Shown here: piece after piece, positions 9,601 to 21,211 of the stretch | Layout: each line of letters opens with the position of its first letter | How positions within the stretch are numbered: position 1 is the stretch's first letter | NCBI GenBank assembly: GCA_048355915.1 | Contig: DBGCHZ010000048.1 | Coordinates: forward strand, 2,200-66,199 | Length of the DNA: 64,000 nt | From: Clostridia bacterium | GTDB lineage: Bacteria; Bacillota; Clostridia; TANB77; CAG-508 | Reading direction: 5' to 3' | The notes under the pieces: model-generated | The model's database searches: none | Seen by the model: only the letters and a program-made list of their open reading frames with translations | Told to the model about the DNA's origin: nothing | Program-made: the position numbers and the translations under genes

Positions 9601-9633
9601 AAAAATCTGTGTATTCGTGGTACACAGACGACT
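9601..9633 (-). terminator. Intrinsic terminator for the mscS-family gene.
   Basis: Stem CTGTGTA / TACACAG with loop TTCGTGG. On the minus strand it is followed by an 8-nt U-run. Confidence 0.55.
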
Positions 9634-9720
9634 AAATTGAACAAACTGCGATTCAATGTTCATTTATTTTGTAATTAAATACTATCACATTATTTCGAAT
9701 TTGTCAAACCTTTTTAAACT

Positions 9721-10785
9721 TTAATTTTTCAAATATACATTCTTATTCTCATAAGCCAATTTAATATGCTCTTCTTCAATTATTTTCATAAGTTTACAAT
9801 TTATATCTTCAACCTCTGCTAAATAACTATCATATCCAACTGAATCAGTGTATGTATATATTAGCATATTAATTCCACTTTCATTTATGTCATCAAATCT
9901 AACAATAGTAGAGTCATCATCAATTCTTTCTCTATCATGTAACATTTTTTCAACTCTAGTTTTCAATATATTTAACTTTTCTATTGGAGTTCCTAATTCT
10001 ATTCTTAGGTTAGTCTTATACCTTCTTTTTTCCATTTTGCTCCAATTTATAACTGAAGCATTTGATATAATAGAATTTGGAACATTTAAAAGTGAATTTT
10101 CAAATGTTCTTATTCTAGTTGTTCTAAATGTAATATCTTCTATCGTCCCTTCAAAATTGTCCATTTGAATCCAGTCACCTACTTTAAATGGTTTATCTAT
10201 AAATATTACCAAACCTCCAAATAAGTTTTTTGCTGTATCTTGTGCTGCAAGTGTTACAATCAATCCACTAATTCCTAGTCCTGCAATAAGACCATTTAAG
10301 TTTATTCCTAATATTGATAAAACTATAAAAGCTGCTATTACATAAATTATTGCTCTAATTATCTTCAATACAAATTCTAATGTAGCATCATCTAATTGCT
10401 TTTTTAAGTTTCTTTTCATTTTATTTACTAATGTTGAATGAATTGTAAAGCTTTTAGCAATTCCATTTGCAAATGCTATTATACTAATAATTTTAAAGAT
10501 TCTAGTAACAAATCCCATAGTTTCATTATTTATATTCAGTGGCTGTTTTAAGAATAATATTGCTAAATATATTCCTAATATTATAAAGAATAATCGTAAT
10601 GGCCTATAAAAAGCGCTTTCTCTTATGTCTTTCGCTTTTTTACTTTTCAATTTAAACATTCTAATAATCATATATGCTATGCTTGAACTAAAAATTCTAA
10701 AAAATATGATTATTCCTAATGCAATTAATATATCTATTATTTCTAATGAGGTAATTTGGTTTAAAAAATTATTAAATTGCTCCAT
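9721..10785 (-). CDS. Small-conductance mechanosensitive channel (MscS family).
   Basis: It has TM helices followed by the conserved MscS beta-domain (KPFKVGDWIQMDNFEGTIEDITFRTTRIRT). Confidence 0.85.
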   Translation of the reverse strand: MEQFNNFLNQITSLEIIDILIALGIIIFFRIFSSSIAYMIIRMFKLKSKKAKDIRESAFYRPLRLFFIILGIYLAILFLKQPLNINNETMGFVTRIFKIISIIAFANGIAKSFTIHSTLVNKMKRNLKKQLDDATLEFVLKIIRAIIYVIAAFIVLSILGINLNGLIAGLGISGLIVTLAAQDTAKNLFGGLVIFIDKPFKVGDWIQMDNFEGTIEDITFRTTRIRTFENSLLNVPNSIISNASVINWSKMEKRRYKTNLRIELGTPIEKLNILKTRVEKMLHDRERIDDDSTIVRFDDINESGINMLIYTYTDSVGYDSYLAEVEDINCKLMKIIEEEHIKLAYENKNVYLKN

Positions 10786-10800
10786 ATATGCCTCCGTATT

Positions 10801-12003
10801 TTATCCCATATAATCTCTTAATTTTTTGCTTCTACTTGGATGTCTTAATTTTCTTAATGCCTTTGCTTCTATTTGTCTTATTCTTTCTCTTGTTACTTTA
10901 AATTCTCTTCCTACCTCTTCTAGTGTTCTAGATTTTCCATCTTCTAATCCAAATCTTAATTTTAATACTTTTGCTTCTCTTGGTGTTAATGTATTCATTA
11001 CTTCTTCTAATTGTTCTCTAAGCATTGTATATGCTGCTGAATCTTGAGGAGCTGGGCTATCATCATCTTGAATAAAGTCTCCTAAATGACTGTCATCTTC
11101 TTCTCCTATTGGTGTTTCTAAAGACACTGGATCTTGTGCTATTTTTTGAATTTCTACTACTTTCTCAACTGGAATTTCCATTTCTTGAGCTATTTCTTCT
11201 GGACTTGGTTCTCTTCCTAATTGTTGTAATAGATGTCTTGATGTTCTTATTAATTTATTTATTGTTTCTACCATATGAACTGGAATTCTTATTGTTCTTG
11301 CTTGATCTGCTATTGCTCTTGTTATCGCTTGTCTTATCCACCATGTAGCATAAGTACTAAATTTGAATCCTTTTGTATAGTCAAATTTTTCTACTGCTTT
11401 TATTAATCCCATATTTCCTTCTTGTATTAAGTCTAAAAATAGCATTCCTCTTCCAACATATTTTTTAGCTATACTTACAACTAATCTTAGGTTTGATTCT
11501 GCTAATTTTTGTTTTGCTTCTTCATCTCCTTCTAAGATTCTTTTTGCTAAATCTAGCTCTTCGTCAAATGTTAATAGTGGTATTCTTCCTATTTCTCTTA
11601 GATACATTCTAACTGGGTCATCTACATTTATACCTTCATAACTTGTATCTGTAATTTGATCTAGTTTTAATTCTTCAACTTCTTTTAAATCTTCTAAATC
11701 TGGTTCTTCTTCCATATCATCTGATAAAAGATTTACTCCTAATTCCTCAAACGCATCAAATACTTTATCTATTTGCTCAGGATTAGCGTCATCTAGTTCT
11801 GATGCTAAATCTCCATATGTTATTTTTCCTTTTTCTTTTGCTTTTTTTAATATATTATTTACCTTTTCTTGTTTTAATTTTTCATTTTCCTCTGTATCTT
11901 TATTATTTGTTGCTTTTTCTTTTACTTTTTTTCTAGTTTCTTCTAATTTTTTAATATTTAATTCTTCTAAATTTCCTTTTAATTCTTCTTTTTTATTTGA
12001 CAT
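10801..12003 (-). CDS. sigA: RNA polymerase sigma factor SigA/RpoD.
   Basis: Regions 1.2 through 4 are present: [29 protein letters not shown] and [29 protein letters not shown]. The ATG at 12003 has an AGAGGTGA SD. It is immediately downstream of dnaG. Confidence 0.95.
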   Translation of the reverse strand: MSNKKEELKGNLEELNIKKLEETRKKVKEKATNNKDTEENEKLKQEKVNNILKKAKEKGKITYGDLASELDDANPEQIDKVFDAFEELGVNLLSDDMEEEPDLEDLKEVEELKLDQITDTSYEGINVDDPVRMYLREIGRIPLLTFDEELDLAKRILEGDEEAKQKLAESNLRLVVSIAKKYVGRGMLFLDLIQEGNMGLIKAVEKFDYTKGFKFSTYATWWIRQAITRAIADQARTIRIPVHMVETINKLIRTSRHLLQQLGREPSPEEIAQEMEIPVEKVVEIQKIAQDPVSLETPIGEEDDSHLGDFIQDDDSPAPQDSAAYTMLREQLEEVMNTLTPREAKVLKLRFGLEDGKSRTLEEVGREFKVTRERIRQIEAKALRKLRHPSRSKKLRDYMG

Positions 12004-12014
12004 CAAATTCACCT

Positions 12015-13799
12015 CTACCTAATTTTTGAAAGTTTTATAATTATTTCACTAAGTTCTCTTTCTAAACTTTTTTTATCATCTTGATTTTCTTCATTTTCTA
12101 ATAGCTCTAATATTTCATATTTTCTATCGTTTAATTTTTCTTTTTCATAACTTTGTATTATATCATCTATTGCTTTTTCAATATCTTCTATTCCATAGTC
12201 TTCTGCCATTATCATTGTGATATGATTTTGTTCTTCTTCTTCTAAATTGTCTATTATTGCATTTATATTACTATTTCCTTTTTCAAATTCTTCATACACT
12301 TTTTTAGCGATTTTCTTATCTATTTCATATTTGAATTCTTCTGCTGGAATATTTTGTTTTATAATTTGATATATGTTCAAATCTCCTAATAGCAATATTG
12401 ATAATATAGTATTTTCTCTTCTTTTTATTATTTCAGATACATTATTATCATTATTTGTATGTTTTTTTATTACTGGTTTTGCTTTTTCTAGTATTTTTGA
12501 ATCTTTTGTATCTTTATATGTAAGTTTATTTACTTCAGCATAAATCGCTTCTTTTGAGACATCATATTCCTTAGAAATTTTTTCTATATAAATTTCTCTT
12601 TCCATGTTATTGTCTATTTTTGATATTAATTTTGCTATTTCATTTAAAAACTTTATCTTATCATTTGTACTTTCTAAGTTCAATTGTTGTCTCAAGATTT
12701 TTACTTTAAACTCTATTACTGAAATTGCTTTGTCTATTACATTTTGAAATCTAGCATTTCCATATTTTATTACAAATTCATCTGGGTCTTTTGCTCCTTC
12801 CATTTGAAGCACTCTTATATCACATCCCATATTTTGTAATATTTCCATTGCTCTTAGTTTTGCAGTTTGTCCTGCTTCATCTGAGTCATAACTTAATATT
12901 ATTTGTTCTGTACTATTTCTTAGCAAATATCCTTGTTGCTGTGTTAGTGCTGTTCCTAATGATGCTACTACATTATGAATTCCTCTTTGATGTAAAGATA
13001 TTACATCCATATATCCTTCTACTATTAATAACTTTTTCTTTATGTCATATTTTTTTGCTACATTTAACCCGAATAAATGTCTTCCTTTGCTATACACAAC
13101 ATTTTCTGGTGAGTTTATGTATTTAGGTTTTGAGTCATCTAATACCCTTCCTCCAAATGCTATTACTCTTCCTCTTACATCACATATTGGAAACATTAAT
13201 CTATTTCTATATCTGTCTATAAATTGACCTCTTTCATTTTTGTTTACCAATCCTGATTCTAGTATTTCTCGTTCTTCAAATCCTTGCTTTCTTAATTCTT
13301 GATATAGTTCATCAAATTTGCCAGAAAAGCCTATTTTAAATGCTTTTAATGTATCATTTGTTAATTTTCTCTTTTTTATATATTCTTGAGCTTCTTTTGC
13401 TTGTGGTTTATATAAATTTTCATGATAATAGTTTGCTGTAAATTCATTTACTTTATATACTTTTGCTTTTAATATTTCTCTTGCTGAATCTTGATTATTT
13501 TCCAAGGTTGGCAATTGTATATTTGCTCTATCTGCAAGCATTTGTACTGCTTCCACAAAATTTATCCCCTCAATTTTTGTTAAAAATGTGAATACATTTC
13601 CTCCTACTCCACAACCAAAACAGTGAAATATTTGTTTTTCTGGTGATACTGAAAATGAAGGTGATTTTTCATTATGGAATGGACATAATCCAAAATAATT
13701 TCTGCCACTTCTTTTTAAATGAACATATTGTGAAATCACATCTACAATATCATTACTTTGTCTTACTTCATCAATAATTTCATCACTATATCTTGCCAT
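12015..13799 (-). CDS. dnaG: DNA primase DnaG.
   Basis: It has the zinc-ribbon [13 protein letters not shown], the Toprim EGYMDVISL, and a C-terminal helicase-binding domain. The ATG at 13799 has a GGAAAGTGAGG SD. Confidence 0.95.
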   Translation of the reverse strand: MARYSDEIIDEVRQSNDIVDVISQYVHLKRSGRNYFGLCPFHNEKSPSFSVSPEKQIFHCFGCGVGGNVFTFLTKIEGINFVEAVQMLADRANIQLPTLENNQDSAREILKAKVYKVNEFTANYYHENLYKPQAKEAQEYIKKRKLTNDTLKAFKIGFSGKFDELYQELRKQGFEEREILESGLVNKNERGQFIDRYRNRLMFPICDVRGRVIAFGGRVLDDSKPKYINSPENVVYSKGRHLFGLNVAKKYDIKKKLLIVEGYMDVISLHQRGIHNVVASLGTALTQQQGYLLRNSTEQIILSYDSDEAGQTAKLRAMEILQNMGCDIRVLQMEGAKDPDEFVIKYGNARFQNVIDKAISVIEFKVKILRQQLNLESTNDKIKFLNEIAKLISKIDNNMEREIYIEKISKEYDVSKEAIYAEVNKLTYKDTKDSKILEKAKPVIKKHTNNDNNVSEIIKRRENTILSILLLGDLNIYQIIKQNIPAEEFKYEIDKKIAKKVYEEFEKGNSNINAIIDNLEEEEQNHITMIMAEDYGIEDIEKAIDDIIQSYEKEKLNDRKYEILELLENEENQDDKKSLERELSEIIIKLSKIR

Positions 13800-13885
13800 T
13801 TTAGCCTCACTTTCCTTAAAATATCTCAATTATTTATCCGTAATTATATTATTCGACGCATTTTACATAAATCCTTCTTATTGCT

Positions 13886-13936
13886 CAAAAAAAATGAGGT
13901 TTTTAAACTTTCTGACTTAAATCCTCATTTTTTCTA
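13886..13936. terminator. Intrinsic terminator.
   Basis: AAATGAGG...CCTCATTT hairpin flanked by an A-run and a T-run. Confidence 0.45.
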
Positions 13937-14017
13937 ATTTTTTAATATTAATAATTAAATAAATTTTATTAAGTTTTAATAGTAGATTTTATTAATCCTA
14001 TTCATATCACTATTATT

Positions 14018-14683
14018 CTATTCTCTCATCAACATTATTTTCCCATCTAATTTATTGATTATCTTTGCATATGCAACTAAATCTTTAGATTGTTTTCTTG
14101 TTATTTGACCTTTTCCTTTGTATTTCATTTTATGTTCTAAACTTGCCCAAAAGTCCATTGCCATTGTTCTTATTTGTATTTCTACTTTGACATATATTAT
14201 TTCTTTTGATAATGTTACTGGTACTTCAATAATCATGTGATAACTTGAATATCCACTTTTTTTTGGGTTTGATACATAGTCTTTTTCTTTTAATACTTTT
14301 ATCCCCGGTATTTTAGTTATTAATTTCTTTACTGTAAAAATATCTTTTATTATTGGGGTTATTACTCTTATTCCTGCTATGTCATTAATATTTTCTATCA
14401 TATCTTTGTATGTAAGTTCATACCCTTTTTTATTCATTTTTGTAATTATACTTTCTGGTTTTTTTATTCTAGTATTTATATGATCTATCAAATCATAATC
14501 ATAAAATATTTTAAATTCTTCTTTTAGTATTTCTAATTTTGTTTCTAATTCTTTTATTGCCATTTTATATATTATCATTAATTTTTGAAATGTATTTCCT
14601 TTAGTTTCAACTTTTTCTTGATAATTTAAAAAGTTCTCAACTTTTATTAAATTTACTTCTTTGTTTTTCTTTTTCATACGCAT
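14018..14683 (-). CDS. Small alarmone synthetase (RelQ/RelP-type GTP pyrophosphokinase).
   Basis: It has the single synthetase domain motifs GIRVITP, SGYSSYHMI and EIQIRTMAMDFWASLEH. Length is 221 aa. Confidence 0.8.
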   Translation of the reverse strand: MRMKKKNKEVNLIKVENFLNYQEKVETKGNTFQKLMIIYKMAIKELETKLEILKEEFKIFYDYDLIDHINTRIKKPESIITKMNKKGYELTYKDMIENINDIAGIRVITPIIKDIFTVKKLITKIPGIKVLKEKDYVSNPKKSGYSSYHMIIEVPVTLSKEIIYVKVEIQIRTMAMDFWASLEHKMKYKGKGQITRKQSKDLVAYAKIINKLDGKIMLMRE

Positions 14684-14851
14684 TCACTCCTTGTATGATT
14701 TTATTTTCTATCTTTAGTATATGCGTATTCTATATTATTATTGTTTCCTTTTTATATTTTATTTGTGTCTTTTTGATGAATTAATTTTTCCATACTATAA
14801 TAAAAAGTCAAGTAATTGATATTTACTAACTATCAATTACTTAACTCTTCT

Positions 14852-16156
14852 TTATCTTTCCTCTTCAAATTTGTTATATTTAGACGATTTTACTTTTGGT
14901 ACTCTTTCTATTGATTCTATATCTTTATGTTTATTTTTTTGTATTTGTTTTCTTTTTTCTATTATTTCTATAAACGAGTCTACTACTTTTTCAGCTTGTT
15001 TTTGTCCTAGTTCTGCTAATGATTGATATAACCCTACTTTATTACAATAGTTACTAATATTTAATAAATCTTGATCTGTAATTATTTTCTTTCCTTGTTC
15101 TATAAAATCAAACTTTACATTTTGTGGTAGTTCTCCAAGTTTTGTAACATAATCTTCTATCTTTTCAGTTTCTTCAACATTTCCTCTAATTTGCCCTTTT
15201 GCATCAACTTCTGATAATGCATCTAATTTACCACCTTTTCTTTGTACCTCTTGAGATATTTGTTTAATAAATTCTTCTTCTTCCTTCTGGCTTATTTCTC
15301 TCATAACTTCTGATTGTGGTATTACTAATCTCTTATATCCATTTTTCTTATAATTTTCTGCTATATTTTTTGCTATTTCTTTTAGTAAATCTCCTCTAAA
15401 TTTCTCTTCCTTAAATTCATATTTAGCTTTTTCTTTATCTGTTCTTGGGATTTTTTTATATTCATATGACGCTATTTGAGGAAAATTTTCTTTTAACATA
15501 TCTTCAACATTCTTTATTCCTGAAAATTTTCGTGGCATTGTACTATCAAAATTCATATAATTTATGACCATCTTCTTAGCTAGAATTTCATTTATAATTT
15601 TATTAATTTTATCATTTTCTAATAATTCTGGTTTAATTTGAAAAATTTTTCCTATTCTTTCTGCAATTGTAAATTCTCCAAAATTTCCATCAATTTCTTT
15701 ATATACTTTGTTCAATTCATTTAATATTAATTCTTCTTGTTTCTTTCTTTTTTTATCAGGGTCAGAAACAGCAGCAACTATTTTTTGTTTTCCTTGTAAT
15801 CCTAAAGTTGTTTCATCTGCTATTTCTAGCATTTTATTATCTGGCAATTTATCAGATAATTTTTCTACTACCTCTACAACTTTATCATTTGGTATTTCAC
15901 TCTCTGGAATATTTTTTATTGTTTCTACTGTTACTGAATTTGATATGTTTTGTCTTACTAATAATTCTCTAAGTACTGCTTCTGATAAACCTGGTGTTTT
16001 CTCCAATTTTCTTAAAGCTTCCTCAACTGCTTGTTTTGTTGCTGCCTCTTCACCTTCTGTCTCATTGAACTTTTCTTCTATATTTCCTACTATCTTTTTT
16101 ACCTTTTCATCTTCCTTCTTTTTTTTATTAATAATTTTTCCTAATATTTCTTTCAT
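14852..16156 (-). CDS. Hypothetical protein of 434 aa, charged, with no recognisable motif.
   Basis: Long ORF with a GGAGG-like RBS context. No domain recognised by eye. Confidence 0.5.
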   Translation of the reverse strand: MKEILGKIINKKKKEDEKVKKIVGNIEEKFNETEGEEAATKQAVEEALRKLEKTPGLSEAVLRELLVRQNISNSVTVETIKNIPESEIPNDKVVEVVEKLSDKLPDNKMLEIADETTLGLQGKQKIVAAVSDPDKKRKKQEELILNELNKVYKEIDGNFGEFTIAERIGKIFQIKPELLENDKINKIINEILAKKMVINYMNFDSTMPRKFSGIKNVEDMLKENFPQIASYEYKKIPRTDKEKAKYEFKEEKFRGDLLKEIAKNIAENYKKNGYKRLVIPQSEVMREISQKEEEEFIKQISQEVQRKGGKLDALSEVDAKGQIRGNVEETEKIEDYVTKLGELPQNVKFDFIEQGKKIITDQDLLNISNYCNKVGLYQSLAELGQKQAEKVVDSFIEIIEKRKQIQKNKHKDIESIERVPKVKSSKYNKFEEER

Positions 16157-16396
16157 TGTATTTCATCCTTTCCATGCACTAAAGGGTCATTTAATAACTA
16201 CTCTTTTTATCTTATAATTATGTATTTTTTTATATTAACATAATTACTGTTAAAAAATCAATAATTTTTCTGAATTTTACACAAAAAGTACCAAAACTAT
16301 ACTACAAAACTATTTTTATTTTTTAGTTTCTCTTTTATTTGTTGTAGTAAAAAAATCTATACCTAGTCAATATAAAATCAATTTTTCTTATATATT

Positions 16397-16437
16397 AAAA
16401 AAACTATTCATAAAAATATTTTATGAATAGTCTTTTT
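16397..16437. terminator. Intrinsic terminator after adhE.
   Basis: Perfect 12-bp stem CTATTCATAAAA / TTTTATGAATAG with a 3-nt loop, flanked by an A-run and a T-run. Confidence 0.7.
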
Positions 16438-19047
16438 TTATTTTCCATAATAACTATCTATCATTATTTGCTTAATTTCACTAACTAATGGAACTCTTGG
16501 ATTAGCAGTAGTACATTGGTCTTCAAATGCTCTATCAGCTAACATATCTACTTTTGCTAAAAATTCTTGTTCATCTATTCCTGCCTCTTTAAATGATTTT
16601 GGAATATTTAAATTATTGTTCAATTCTTTTATTTTATCAATTAGGCTATTTACCCCCTCTTCTACTGTATCTGCTTTTAACCCGACTTTTTTAGCAATTT
16701 GTGCATATTTTTGGTCTGCAATAAAATATTCATATTTAGGGAATGATACAAATTTACTTGGTTTGCTTGAATTATATCTTACTACATATGGTAATAATAT
16801 TGCATTTATTCTGCCATGTGGCAAATGAAATTCTGCTCCTATTTTATGAGCTATTGAATGATTTACTCCTAAAAATGCATTTGTAAATGCCATTCCTGCT
16901 ATCGTACTTGCATTATGCATTTTTTCACGAGCTTTTTTATCGTTTCCATTACTATATGCTTTTTCTAAGTATTCAAATACTAATTCTGTTGCTTTCTCGG
17001 CTAAACCATCTGTATAATCTGATGCCATATTTGATACATATGCCTCTAATGCATGTGTTAATACATCCATTCCTGTATCTGCTGTTACAGTCTTTGGCAG
17101 ACTCATTACTAAATCAGGATCTATTATTGCTACATCTGGTGTTAGTTCATAATCTGCTAATGGATATTTTTTATTTTTTTCTTTATCTGTTATTACAGCA
17201 AATGATGTAACTTCTGAACCTGTTCCTGATGTTGTTGGTATTGCTACCATTTGGCATTTAGTTCCTAGCTTTGGAAATTTGTATGTTCTTTTTCTAATAT
17301 CCATGAATTTTAATTTTAATCCTTCTGGATCTGCATCTTCATGTTCATAGAATAACCACATTCCTTTTGCAGCATCGATTGGGCTTCCTCCTCCTAATGC
17401 TATAATTACATCTGGTTTAAAAGCTTTCATTGCTTCTACACCTTTCATTATAGTATCAAAAGATGGGTCTGGTTCTACACTACTAAATATTTCAGAATGA
17501 ACATATTGATGTCTATTTCTTAAATGATATAAAATTTTATCTACATATCCTAATTTTACCATTCCTTCATCTGTTACTATAAAAGCTCTTTCTATATTAG
17601 GCATTTTTTCTAGGTATGCTATTGAGCCTGATTCAAAATATATTTTTTCTGGAACTTTAAACCATTGCATATTTACCCTCCTATTTGCCACTCTTTTTAT
17701 ATTTATTAAATTAACTGATGATACATTGGCAGTTGTAGAGTTGCCTCCAAATGACCCACATCCAAGTGTTAGTGATGGCATATTTGTATTGTATATGTCT
17801 CCAATAGCACCATGTGTAGATGGTGAATTTACTATAATTCTTCCTGCTTTCATTGTTTTTGAAAATTTTAATACTGTTTCCTTGTCTTCTGCATGAATAA
17901 CAGCAGAATGTCCTAATCCTCCAAATTCAATTAATTTTTCAGATTTTTCAATTCCTTCTTCTTCGTTTTCTACTATATAATATGTTAGTACAGGGCTTAA
18001 TTTTTCTTTTGAAAATGGATATTCTTCTCCTATTCCTTCTTCATATACTACTAAAACTTTAGTATCTTCTGGAACTTCAAAACCTGCTTCTCTTGCTATC
18101 ATATATGGATATTGTCCAGGAATATGAGATTTTAATTTATATCCGTATTCTTCTGTATATTCAAACATGCTATTTGCTAATTTTTGTTTTTCTTCATCAT
18201 TTACAAAATAGCAACCTGATTCTTTCATTAATTTTTCAAATTCTTGGTAAATATCTCTATCAACTAAAACAGCTTGTTCTGAAGCACAAATCATTCCATT
18301 ATCAAATGATTTTGACATCACTAAATCATTTACTGATGTTTTTAATTTTGCCGTTTTATTTATATAGCAAGGTACATTTCCTGGTCCTACACCTAATGCT
18401 GGTTTTCCACAAGAATATGCAGAACGAACCATTCCTGTTCCACCTGTTGCTAATATTAAATTTACATCAGGATGATTCATTAACATTTTTGTTGCTAATA
18501 CTGATGGCTCTTCTACCCATAATATACAATTTTCTGGTGCTCCTGCTTTAACTGCTGCATCTCTTAAAATTCTTGCTGCTTCACTACTACATTTTTGTGC
18601 TGATGGGTGAAATCCAAATATAATTACATTTCTCGTTTTTGCTGAAATAATTGATTTAAACATTGTGGTTGATGTTGGATTTGTTACTGGTGTTACTCCT
18701 GCAATTATCCCCACCGGTTCTGCTATTTCTACATATTCATCTTCTTCATTTTCATCTATTATACCAACTGTTTTTTCATATTTGATACTATGATATATAT
18801 ATTCAGTTGCAAACATATTCTTTGTTATTTTATCTTCATATATTCCTCTTTGTGTTTCTTCTACTGCCATTTTAGCTAATTCCATATGATGTTCTAGTCC
18901 AGCCATTGACATAGCTTTAACAATGTTGTTTACCTGTTCTTGATTTAGTTCTAAATATTGCTTTGAAGCTATTTTAGCTTTTTCTACTAAATCATCTATC
19001 ATTTTCTTTACTTTTAATTCCTCGTCAACATTAGTTTCATTTGGCAT
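16438..19047 (-). CDS. adhE: Bifunctional aldehyde/alcohol dehydrogenase AdhE.
   Basis: It is 869 aa. An N-terminal ALDH domain joins a C-terminal iron-containing ADH ([18 protein letters not shown]). A GGAGG RBS and a long leader precede it. Confidence 0.95.
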   Translation of the reverse strand: MPNETNVDEELKVKKMIDDLVEKAKIASKQYLELNQEQVNNIVKAMSMAGLEHHMELAKMAVEETQRGIYEDKITKNMFATEYIYHSIKYEKTVGIIDENEEDEYVEIAEPVGIIAGVTPVTNPTSTTMFKSIISAKTRNVIIFGFHPSAQKCSSEAARILRDAAVKAGAPENCILWVEEPSVLATKMLMNHPDVNLILATGGTGMVRSAYSCGKPALGVGPGNVPCYINKTAKLKTSVNDLVMSKSFDNGMICASEQAVLVDRDIYQEFEKLMKESGCYFVNDEEKQKLANSMFEYTEEYGYKLKSHIPGQYPYMIAREAGFEVPEDTKVLVVYEEGIGEEYPFSKEKLSPVLTYYIVENEEEGIEKSEKLIEFGGLGHSAVIHAEDKETVLKFSKTMKAGRIIVNSPSTHGAIGDIYNTNMPSLTLGCGSFGGNSTTANVSSVNLINIKRVANRRVNMQWFKVPEKIYFESGSIAYLEKMPNIERAFIVTDEGMVKLGYVDKILYHLRNRHQYVHSEIFSSVEPDPSFDTIMKGVEAMKAFKPDVIIALGGGSPIDAAKGMWLFYEHEDADPEGLKLKFMDIRKRTYKFPKLGTKCQMVAIPTTSGTGSEVTSFAVITDKEKNKKYPLADYELTPDVAIIDPDLVMSLPKTVTADTGMDVLTHALEAYVSNMASDYTDGLAEKATELVFEYLEKAYSNGNDKKAREKMHNASTIAGMAFTNAFLGVNHSIAHKIGAEFHLPHGRINAILLPYVVRYNSSKPSKFVSFPKYEYFIADQKYAQIAKKVGLKADTVEEGVNSLIDKIKELNNNLNIPKSFKEAGIDEQEFLAKVDMLADRAFEDQCTTANPRVPLVSEIKQIMIDSYYGK

Positions 19048-19271
19048 AAAAATTCCTCCTTTTCTTTTGTTAGATACATTATATAGTAATCAATAGTTTT
19101 GTCAATGGTTTTAAAAATTTATTTTATATATTGTTTTCTTTAATTTGTCATATTTTTTATAAATATTTTATTTTTTTGCAAATATTTTCAAATTATGTTG
19201 TGTTTTATTTTCTTCATAAAGTTTTCTATACAATAAAATGCTATTGAAATGTTTAATATTACTTGAAAATA

Positions 19272-19332
19272 AAAAAGTATTATAAATGAACATTGTCCTT
19301 CCAAAAGCGACTTATTCATTTATAATACTTTT
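19272..19332. terminator. Intrinsic terminator with a 16-bp stem.
   Basis: AAGTATTATAAATGAA...TTCATTTATAATACTT followed by a T-run. It terminates the M23 peptidase gene. Confidence 0.6.
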
Positions 19333-20280
19333 TTATTTATATACATATTTTTGTGGATTTATATGTTCTCCATTTAATCTTATTTCTAAATGTAAATGTG
19401 GACCTGTTGAATTTCCTGTTGAACCAACTTCAGCTATTATATCTCCTGCTTTTACTTTTTGTCCTTTTTTTACATACATCTTGCTAGTATGTGCATACCA
19501 AGTCTCAACTCCGTTCCCATGGTCTACTTTTACTAGCTTTCCATATGAACCACTATAACTTGCATTTGTAACTACCCCATCTGCCATTACTTTAATTGGT
19601 GTTCCTGTTTTTGCTGCAATATCTAGTCCTGTATGATTAGACCTTCTTATTCTACTACTTACACCATATCTAGAAGAAATTGTACCTGTTACTGGTAATG
19701 TTGCTAATTTTATTCCATTTATATTCGCTATTGCATTTTTTTCCTCTTCTTGTTCTTCTATTTCTTTTATTGTTTCAGAAACTTTATTTTCTATATTTAC
19801 TTTCGCAATTTCTAAATCATTAGTTTTTATTTCTTCTTCATTCTTTGTATATTTTTCCACTATACTTAAATTGATATTTTCATTAATTCCATCATTTTTT
19901 ATTTCATTGACTAACTCTTCTGCTTCTTTACTTGTATCAACAGTTTCTACTACATTGTTATTTAATGCTACCTCATAATATTTATATGTTACTGTTGCTT
20001 CTTCTTTTGCTTTTTCAATTATTTTATCTTTTTCTGTATTTTCAATTCTATTTACTAGTTTTAACTCATATATAGGTTGTTCTTGCAAATCTACTGATTC
20101 TACATTTTTATTGCTATTCTTTATAATGTCTTCTTTAATATTTTCTTCCAAAGCCAATTTACTATCTACATACCCTAATTCTTCACCTGATATACTTACT
20201 TTATACATTGGTTTATATTTTATTAATATAATCGCTACTACTAAACCAAAAGCTATAATCGTAATGTTAAAATATTTCAA
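19333..20280 (-). CDS. M23-family peptidoglycan endopeptidase.
   Basis: It has an N-terminal TM, a coiled-coil region, and a C-terminal M23 domain (HTGLDIAAKTGTPIKV...GSTGNSTGPHLHLEIR). Confidence 0.85.
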   Translation of the reverse strand: MKYFNITIIAFGLVVAIILIKYKPMYKVSISGEELGYVDSKLALEENIKEDIIKNSNKNVESVDLQEQPIYELKLVNRIENTEKDKIIEKAKEEATVTYKYYEVALNNNVVETVDTSKEAEELVNEIKNDGINENINLSIVEKYTKNEEEIKTNDLEIAKVNIENKVSETIKEIEEQEEEKNAIANINGIKLATLPVTGTISSRYGVSSRIRRSNHTGLDIAAKTGTPIKVMADGVVTNASYSGSYGKLVKVDHGNGVETWYAHTSKMYVKKGQKVKAGDIIAEVGSTGNSTGPHLHLEIRLNGEHINPQKYVYK

Positions 20281-20703
20281 AAATTCTTTTGTATAGATTT
20301 TTAGTTTTCTTTTTAAAATATATATTCACTCTCCTTTTAGCGCGACTGTTTTATATTATACTACATATCCTTCCCAAAATCAAATTATGTATACTTTATT
20401 TTGGCTGATTTACCATTTATTTTTTTTATTAATTTATAAATTTTATATCTCGTTTTTATTTTTCTCTTTTTATCTCTTTTTTTCTTATTTTTTCTCTTCT
20501 TTTTATATCTTTTAAATCAATATAGTTTTGATTGCTTTATATAAATATTAGTTTTATTATAATTTTATTTAAAATTGCCACATATTATTAAGACTTTTCT
20601 TAATTTAATCCTATTGCACATAAGATTTTCCTTGACTTTTCTAGCTTATTGTTATATAACTTAAATAGTAAAAATAAACTAGAAAGTTGGAAGGTGATTA
20701 ATT

Positions 20704-21030
20704 ATGGCTCTTGATTATTCAATAATAGGCCAAAGAATAAAACAAGCAAGACTTGCTAAAAATTATACTCAAGATGAATTATCTGAAAAATTAGATGTTT
20801 CTATTGCATTTTTAAGTAGAGTTGAAAGAGGTAGCTCTCATATAAATTTAAAGAGATTACATCAATTGTGTAACTTATTAGATGTTTCAGAAGGTTATAT
20901 TTTAAATGGTGCTTCTAGTGATTCTGAAAATTACTTAACACAAGAATTTAATGATTTAATAAAAAGTTGTACTGCTGATAAGCAAAGATTAATTTATAAA
21001 GTTGCTAAAATAATTGCTGAGGCTGAATAA
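20704..21030 (+). CDS. XRE-family HTH transcriptional regulator.
   Basis: It has an HTH_3 (IGQRIKQARLAKNYTQDELSEKLDVSIAFLSRVERG). It is upstream of pflB. Confidence 0.8.
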   Translation: MALDYSIIGQRIKQARLAKNYTQDELSEKLDVSIAFLSRVERGSSHINLKRLHQLCNLLDVSEGYILNGASSDSENYLTQEFNDLIKSCTADKQRLIYKVAKIIAEAE

Positions 21031-21035
21031 ATTCC

Positions 21036-21076
21036 AAAAACTACTTTTCTATAAATTAAGAAAAGTAGTTTTTTGT
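21036..21076. terminator. Intrinsic terminator.
   Basis: AAAAACTACTTTTCT...AAAAGTAGTTTTTT. Confidence 0.6.
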
Positions 21077-21211
21077 TGCAAAAGCAACATTATTTTTCCG
21101 AATTTATGTGTATTATTTTTTTATATATTTTATTGATAATATTTTTCTATTATGTTATTATATTATCGGTAAAAATTGATAATAATATATATAATTTAAA
21201 GGAGGTAAATT

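Noticed and set aside
9391-9663. A 90-aa minus-strand ORF from the six-frame track.
   Set aside because: It spans terminator hairpins and a GC-rich non-coding island. It is Cys/Phe-rich low-complexity with no RBS. It is likely spurious.
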